Assembly: GCF_002113885.1 (NCBI RefSeq)
Contig: NW_018404396.1
Coordinates: forward strand, 774,503 to 838,502
DNA from: Mizuhopecten yessoensis
Lineage: Eukaryota
DNA: 64,000 nucleotides
Reading direction: 5' to 3'
Position 1 is the stretch's first letter; every line of letters begins with the position of its first letter. The position numbers were made by a program, and so were the translations under genes. The notes beneath the pieces are model-generated. The model searched no databases. It saw only the letters and a program-made list of their open reading frames with translations, and was not told the origin of the DNA. Positions 53,001 to 62,000 of the stretch are shown piece after piece.

Positions 53001-56000
53001 CCCGGGTCATAACTTTGAAACAGTTGAGATCCCTACCTCAAAACTGTATATACAAATGCTAGGCATAAAGAGACGAATGCAGTCATTATATAAGAATTGA
53101 CCCCAGGGTCTGCCCCACCCTTGGAGACTCAAACCACACCAAATCTATATATACAATTGTTAGGTATAGACAAATGCAGTCATGATATTAGAATTGACTC
53201 TGGGGGCTGCCCCACCCTCACAGACTTAATCACTGGGTCATAACTTTGAAACAGTTGAGATCCCCACCCCAAAACTGTATATACAAATGCTTGGCATAAA
53301 GAGACGAATGCAGTCATGATATTATAATTGATCCTTGGGTCTGGCCACAACCCTAGGGACCTAGTTTCTGAGTCACACCTTTGAAACAGTTAAGATCCCC
53401 ACCCCATAACCATAAATAAAATTGCTGGGCATGAAAAATCTAATACAGATATGATACAAGAATTGGCCTCTGGGTCTAGTCCATTCCCTTGGATCTTATT
53501 TGGAGGATATTTTGCCATGATTACTTTGATATCCAGGTAAGCGATACAAGCCCCTCTGGGGCTCTTATATAACACAATGGAGAATGTCTGAATACCATAA
53601 CGTTGGTACCTTGTTGGTCATAAGATAGGTATCGTAATTCTTCGTTACTTTGTGGGGTTTTAAAGTTGTTCATTAACACAACAGAATTCACTGAAATAAA
53701 ACAAGATGTATTTGAATATATCCTGAAAGAAATAGATCAGTAACAAGTTGAAAATGTCACATTGTTTTTGTTTTTGAAGCAGTTGAAACATGGGATCTCT
53801 ATATTCGACTAGATAAACCTCATAAAAGAATTCATGGTGTACAAGATTCAATCATCTATAATTTGCCGAAAAATTAATTTGTTGAAAGAATGCAAAATAT
53901 TCCACTGGGTTCATTGCACTGCGAGTGATTTCGGTCAGTTTACTGTAATTAGAAAATTGATGGTTTCCTGTTATATCGTTTTATCAACTGGTTCCCTAGC
54001 CGTATTTTTGTGGCATTTTTTTGTAATTACGTATTATGGATACATGACCTACTTAGAGAGTCACGTTTACTGGACGTTGTTCGTGAGTTATAACAACTGA
54101 TTACATTTCACTTTTTACAGGATTAGATAAATATTCAAGTTCAAATAACATCTAGAACAAATTGACAGAACAATCTGTGGATCTATAAACATAAAACAAC
54201 ATCATACAATGACTGAGGATTTCAAATTACATCCATCAAGTGAGATTACATTAGGGTAAATATAATTACTACATAGTGTACCACAATACGCTGTGTTATC
54301 CCAACCTCTATAACGGTAATGAGCTAATTGAGATTATATAATGTCAGATAAATATTCTCTTTGTTTAGAAGCTGCTTTTAGTCATCAGCAAAAGTTCGTG
54401 ATATTTGGAAAAGAGAAAATTTAACACAATTTCAAATATTCACAATTGATTATAAGGTATGGATGGAACAGTTTGGCTGCTTGTTGATCATCACAGTGTT
54501 TTCGGCAAATCTTTCTTACTATTTTCATTTTTTTTTTTGGCAAATTTGGACACTAACATTCTAATCATCATATGAACTCCATGTCAGAAATTTTAAAGGA
54601 AAAAAACGACCAATTCATTTTTGAAAAATATTAATTTATAATCTTAGTAGAACAAAATATCTAGATGGAGATACTTTAGGCTTGTTGGTATGGGAGGTGA
54701 CACCAGTCGATGAGATCTCAAAAAGCATGGAAATATCTGCAGAAAATTTGATCCCACATAAAAAAAAAGATGAATGTATGTCAAGATATTGAGTTGATTT
54801 TGAAATGAGTTTATAATCTCCGATGGGTAGCAGTTGGATTCTAGTGGTATGGACACAGATTTCATTATGATCGTCCATTTTAAGATAGTTAGTTGTTCGT
54901 GAAATGTATGATTGCATGTGTTTAGGTAGTGGGTTGATTTTGAGTCTGATGAAATCGAGTCTGAATCCCCCTGAACAGAGGTAATGTTTACAGTTATATT
55001 GCTTTCATTGCTTGATGAACAGAGTTTGAGACATGCAAGCTTGTTAAAGTGCAGTCTTGTAGCATGGAACATATTGATCATGGATGAATCATTTCATGAA
55101 AAGTGGTTTACAATCTGCACAAAGTATGGACAGCAAGTGTGGGGTCTGACCGAGGATGAGTGGGAACTCCACCAATCCATAGACCAAACCCTGATGCAAT
55201 TGATCTACGTTTAAGCAGCAGTAATTGTTTGACAGCTAATTTAGGCTGGATATTGACAATAGAGCGCAATGATGGCCCTGTCTCTACCTGTCTACTTAAA
55301 CCTCCACAAGTATTCAATTCGGTCACTGCTTAGATCTGCGACAGGAACCTGTGAGAGGAGAGATTACTGCCTCCGCCGCGTGTGCTAATCTCTGCCAATC
55401 AGGTACAGGTCTGTCATACGCATGTCACACTCACTAGAACAGGACGACTGCAGTTATTTAATACAAGTATGGAAGAATGACAGGGGGCAGTGCAGCTCTG
55501 AAAAAAACCACAATACTCTTTTTCAATTGGTTGAAAACTCGGTCACATTCCCTAAGAGATCTGATATAGGGCACTGTTTTTGAGAATTAGTAAGACAGCC
55601 CATATTGCACTGTAAGCCTATAAAGGGTTATATCTTTGATATGATGGAAACAGACGGATTTCCATTAGGCAATTTTAAGTTACAGATTGGCTGGCAGGTT
55701 ATGTTACATTGATTCGCATGTCAAAATTTAGCAAAATGTATCACCATAAAATGTAGCACAAATTGAAGGTTACACCATTTAAAACTTGTGTCTGAAACAG
55801 GCCGCATTCTTTCGTAAAGTGTTGTATTAATTACACCATCGTGACTTGGGTATAGGTTGATTTAATAAATGTTTAAAATGTTGTGGGTCAATTAGATGGT
55901 ATCATCGTTTACAGCTGAATCAATAAACTGCATTCTAGACACACAACAGCAACTGTAGACAGCATCTCAAAGGTAGTCTGCCTATCACCACTGAGCAAGT

Positions 56001-59000
56001 GTCAAATGCTTGCTGATTCCTGGGGTTGGTGTTAATACGTGATGTTCACGGTCATCCAGGTTATTTTAATTGTTTGGAGGTCAGATGGAGGATTTTCTAG
56101 ATTCAAGATTTATTTAATGTTTAGAATGAATTTCCATTGAATTTTTGTAAGAATGAAAATATCAAAGGTTAACTTGTTACAATTTCATGGGTTTTGAGTT
56201 AATCAGATAATATCAGAGGTTTTAGAATTCTCAGATAACGATGCCAGACCTGAAACATGCCTTAGCCGGCAGTAAAATCAATCTCTACAAACTAAAGCCT
56301 AGCCACACAGAAAATCAATAGGAGCAAGAGCTGTCGGGAATACTTTAAAACAAAAATCAAATACCTACACACTCTAAACTTGACTGATGATTAATATACA
56401 GGTCCTCCAAACTTCTTTACTTTGGCTATCCCAATAGATAGTGTCGAAGCAGAGTGCCGGCTATATGTAGTGTTGGCTATGTGAGAGTTGGTCATACTGT
56501 GGGTAGTTAGCCATACCAAAGGTATTGAGAGATAGCCAGATGTACCCTAATGAGATTGAGGAATATAGAGACTGTTGAATGTTAACCTTACTAAGACTAT
56601 GAGAAGTTGGCTATGCTGAGGGTATTTTGAGCTAGCTATTCTGGTTGTCTAACCTGATCCTTGGCTCAAGCTGGGGATTAGACATTTAGAACTATGCTCT
56701 TTTTGTACTCCTCCACAGTGGAAATGATGGTTTTTTGCCCATTCCATTACTAACATGTTCCAAAACGAATCATTATCAGCATCTGTCATCTGTTTTTTCT
56801 CCTGCTTTCCATGTTTTCTTCTGTTGAAAGCTCACTGTGACATCATGTTTAATTGCTCCCGAGATGTCACCGTCCCTTTCTTTTGCATTATGATGGCATT
56901 GTGTAATGTAAATATTGGGGTTGGCAGAAAAATCTGACCCATTGGGTTGATAGAGAATTCTTACTCTTTAGGTGACCGAGAAATCGTACCCTTGGAGTGG
57001 CAGAAAAGTCATACCCAAAGGGGTTGACAGAAAAATCATATCCTTGGGGTGACAGAGAAATCTAAATCAGGTTAAATAGAACATGATTATGTGAATTTTG
57101 GGAGAAATCATGATTATTTTGCTCTTGATTATATTGACAGCTCCATTTTTTTTGGCGAAACTCCTAACAAAACTCTAAATCAGATACACGCTTACCTAAT
57201 ATAATGATTTATGTTTCAGGAAGGAAAGTTGAGGGACACATGTGTGATAGGCACAGTGGACTGTCCTTTGGAGGATAAGACAGTTACCATTGCCTACAAC
57301 AAGGACCCCTCCAAATGTAACATGGTGGATGTTGACTTTATCAACTTTGTGTGTGCCAGCAAGCCTGTGGCCAAGGTAAGGCATTATTGTGAGATCTGTA
57401 GTTAAGGTAAGTTGACAATATGTTGGTGGTGGGTCTGAAGTCAAAGTAAATAGATGTTGTGTTGGTTGGGAGGTCTGGTATCAAAGTACCTCTTTGTGTT
57501 GGTTGGGAGGTCTGGTATCAAGATAACTCAAATAAGTTTTAGCGAATGATTCCACTTGGGGTCTTTGAGGATAATTTGACAAATGTATACAACTTTATGT
57601 TCATTATTAGCTCACCTGGCCCAAAAGGCCAAGTGAGCTTATGCTATGGTGAAGCGTCCATCCGTCAAAAGCTTTTTGCTTTAGACAACTTCTTCTGAAT
57701 TTTGGCCAGTAGCATGATGGGATAAAGAGCTACCAAGTTTGTTTAAATGAATGACCTTTGCCTATTTTCAAGGTCACAGGGGTCAAACACGTTAAAATCT
57801 TGAAGCAATATCTTCTGAATAACCAGAAGGCCTAGGATGATGATATTTGGCCAGTAGTATGCTGGGATGAAGGGCTACCAAGTTTGTTCAAATGAATGAC
57901 CTTGACCTGTATTCAAAGTCACAGGGGTCAAATATGTTTGAAACCTTTAAACAACTTCTTCTGAATTACCAAAAGGTGCAGGATGATGCTATTTGGCCCG
58001 TAACATGATAGGATAAAGGGCTACCAAGTTTTTTCAAATGAATGACCTTGACCTGTATTCAAAGCCACAGGGGTCAAATAGGTTTGAAACCTTTAAATAA
58101 CTTCTGAATAACCAAAAGGTGCAGGATGATGATGTTTGGCCCGTAACATGATGGAATAAAGGGCTACCAAGTTTGTTCAAATGAATGAACTTGTCCTGTA
58201 TTCAAAGTCACAGGGGGCAGATAGGTTTGAAACCTTTAAATAACTTCTGAATAACCAAAAGGTGCAGGATGATTCTATTTGGCCCGTAACATGATAGGAT
58301 AAAGGTCTACCAAGTTTTTTCAAATGAATGACCTTGCCCTGTATTCAAAGCCACAGGGGTCAAATAGGTTTGAAACCTTTAAATAACTTCTGAATAACCA
58401 TAAGGTCCAGGGTGGTGATATTTGGCCAGACTAGGATGTTGGCATAAAGGGCTACGAAATTTGTTCAAATGAATGACCTTCGCCCATATTCAAGGTCACA
58501 TGGGTTATTTGTCTAAAAAACACTAAAAAAAACGACTTCTTCTGAATACTTAGGCATCCAGGGGGATTGCTTGTTCAAATGAATGACCATGACCTGTATT
58601 CAAAGTCACAGGGGTCAAATATGTTTGAAACCTTTAAACAACTTCTTCTGAATAACCAAAAGGTGCAGGATGATGATATTTGGCCCGTAACATGATGGGA
58701 TAAAGGGCTACCAAGTTTGTCCAAGTTTGTTCACACCTGGTCCACAGTGCATAAATCTTTAAAAGTCATCTTCTCAATAAACAAAACGTATAGGGCCATT
58801 AGGGTGGTGTTATTTGACAAGTTGCATTCTGGGATGAAAGCTATAAAGTTTGTTAAATTAAAAGTCCATGTTTGACTTTCAATGTCACAAGGGTCAAATG
58901 TGTTAAAATCATTCAACAGGTTCTTCTGAATGAAAGTCAAGACACTGATATTTTGCTTGTAGCTTTGTTTTAGTCCACTTTTTAGGTTACAATTGTGAGA

Positions 59001-62000
59001 TTAATACCAGGTGAGCGATGCAGGCCCATTGGGCCTCTTATTTGTATTTAATAAGAGATTTCCTTCGAAATTTTGTACAGTGTACAAATGTACACCTGTA
59101 CAAATGCAGAAAAAAGTTTCTGTAAATACAATAGAAAGGAGAGCAAAAACTCAAAGGTGACAATAATCTGTCAATATACAATACACCAGTAAAAATGTCT
59201 GACAATGAGCTTCCTGTTTATAAGGTGTCGTCTCAATAAGGATCATTAGATTTATTTGTATGTCACTGTGATGGTTCCTTACTTCATCAGCTTCAACAAA
59301 TGTTACTGTTTAGGAAACTGATTACTTCTTGAGTGATTTGATCATTTAGTTCTTTGGGAAACAAAGTGTGAGGATCTCACTGTCAGTAAATGAATGCTGT
59401 TGTTGAACATAGCCAACTGATCAATGTTTCTTTTCAGGGCTGTATTCAGGTACTGCAATCTAACATAGTCAACCCCACAGAATGTGTTTGTGGATGATTC
59501 TAACTATAATTCAGTATCACAAAGTCTATTTTGGTTATATGTGTCTCTGCTGGTTACCGTCTTTAAACATATACCCACTTTAGCAACCTCTGCCAGATAT
59601 ACCTTTCAGTTTATTACATGACTTCGTCTTGAGCCCTTTATGTTTGGCTCCGCATGTGGCTATGTAGTGCAGCCACTTCCTGTGACACCCGGGGCAGTAC
59701 AGGAAGTTGAACTATGCATCATTTGTTTGTCTATAGGTGTCTGTAACACCTAAAAGTTTGTGTTGCCCTCGCTCTCACTAGGATGCTAGAAATTGTACTG
59801 TATTTATAGCATGTCTACAAACTCCACAAGTATCATTGTATATTCAGTATAAACCTATTTAACACTATTGATAAAATAGGTCATTATTATCCTGCGTAGG
59901 TATTACTCATCGAAATTTCTACTGAGGTTGGAAAATCTGATGATATATATGTACATTATGTAGGATTTCTACCCACCTTTAACAGAGTCACCTCCATATG
60001 TTACATGTGACAATATAGGCTACCTCAGTGTCGATAGATACCACTGAACTATAATTAAGGTGATCGAGGAGAGTGAAACTTGGTATGAAGTTATATATAC
60101 ATACTGTTTGTATTTATGGTTTAACTGGTGCCTTATGCATTGTTTAAGTTGATAAAAATATCTGATTTCTTTGAAAAATGAAAAATAAAGCACTAAGTTT
60201 GATATAGAATGCAAGCCAGTTTCAATTGTCCATTGATGTCAAGTTACAATTGTGTCAATGCCATTTCTCTGTGTCGGTAACAAATCGTTACAATTCTTGT
60301 GTTACGCCTAGCCAGGATACCAGAACAAACAAAAAATACAATGGGAATTGGCGATAAATTTCTCGTCTCACAGTACATGTATACATAATTCATAATACTA
60401 TCACAGTACATGTATGCATAATCTATTATATTATCCAACTCGAATGAAACCAAACATGTGACTGTTTGTGAAAACTATTTTCCAATGTTGCATGCTGTTT
60501 TCAAAATGATGTCACAAAGTAACCTTTCTAAGATAAAATAGATAGATTTTGCGCAGACTGTGCAATTCAATTAGTCATTAAATTTCTGTTTTAGGTATGT
60601 GTATAGACTACAGACATAGAAATTGAATATTAAATACATGTGTCTGGCTAACTATCTGTTATCAATATCTTTTATCATCAGGTTTTCATTTATGTCATTT
60701 CAAGTATTTTATGTAAAAATTTAATCAAATAACATAGTATTATATTTATTTTTGGAAATTAAAGTAAATTATTAATTGGGGGAAGTATCTGTCTCGTTAA
60801 ATTTATGAAACATCACGTTTTGTTATATCACCTTTTACTTTATATTGTTTCTCTCTTACAAGTGACGAGTGATATAAAGCAAAATAAAATGTACATGTAT
60901 ACATTGTAGAAGTTATTAGATTCTTTCTATTACGTACAGGAATGGTGTGAAGAGTTACTCAAGTATGCCAACAACCTTCTGGCCCTCAACGCAAGCGCCC
61001 TGTCCTATCTGGAGAAGGCCCACACCAAACTCACACATGTACTGGATGTCAACGGACGCATACCTGTCAAAAAGTTAGTTTAACTTCAGTAGTACTGTAC
61101 AGTAACATACCTATCAAGAAATTGGGTCATTTCAGTAATACCTGTCATTTATTGCAGAAAAATATTTGGTAACATATTGTATTTATCCTGCAATAAGCCC
61201 AGGGGCCAACACAAACTCTGACTAGCATACTTGCCAACCCTCCCTATTTAGGAGGGAGTCTCCCGATTTTGGACCCTTAAATTTAGTGTTTTCAACTTTC
61301 ATCTGAAAGAACATTTTAAAGGGTTATTTTGTCTCTAGGGGGTGTATACACACATTTGATTTATGGTTTAATTTTGAGCATGCAGAATCCATGGAAATTT
61401 CAAAATGTTAGCAAGTATGGGCTCCATGTAGGTGGGTGGGACTAGTACAGGAAAATGGAAAAACATTTGTTGGCATTTCTTCAGAACTGCTATAGATATG
61501 GGTAAGCTTATTACCAGGCATGGGCTTATTGCCAGATAAATACGTACCCACCAAGATATTAGTTCATTTCAGCATTATACTGCAGTTTAGTATCGTATCT
61601 ACCAGCAATTAAGTGAATCATATTTTCCGAGTAATATTGAATATTTGCATGTGTTAACCTATTTTGAAAATCAGTCAACAAATGAAGCTGATTTTTGTGT
61701 ATTTTTGATGTTAAAAATAATTTTAGTGTCTCATCACTAAATTGGTTAACACGAAAACAGAAGATCTTAATTATAATCTGGTCATCAGAATCATGAAATG
61801 CTTTGGTAGATCTAGAGACCAGAAAAGGGGTTCAGAAAACAGATGTTGTTCCAGAAAACCCTCTAGATCCTGTCTCTGCAATTTATCATCTAGTCTTTTA
61901 TAACAAATCAAAGGATTGACCATTACTGATTGGGTTCTGTTTTGATCTAGAACATTTTGATGCTTATATTTGTACAGTATCGTGAAGATGGTTGCTAAAC

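Noticed and set aside
54640-55214. 145-aa minus ORF and plus-strand fragments ([17 protein letters not shown]; acidic patch) hinting at a pogo-type transposase C-terminus
   Set aside because: Similarity is too short and interrupted to support a call. The minus ORF has no recognisable domain.
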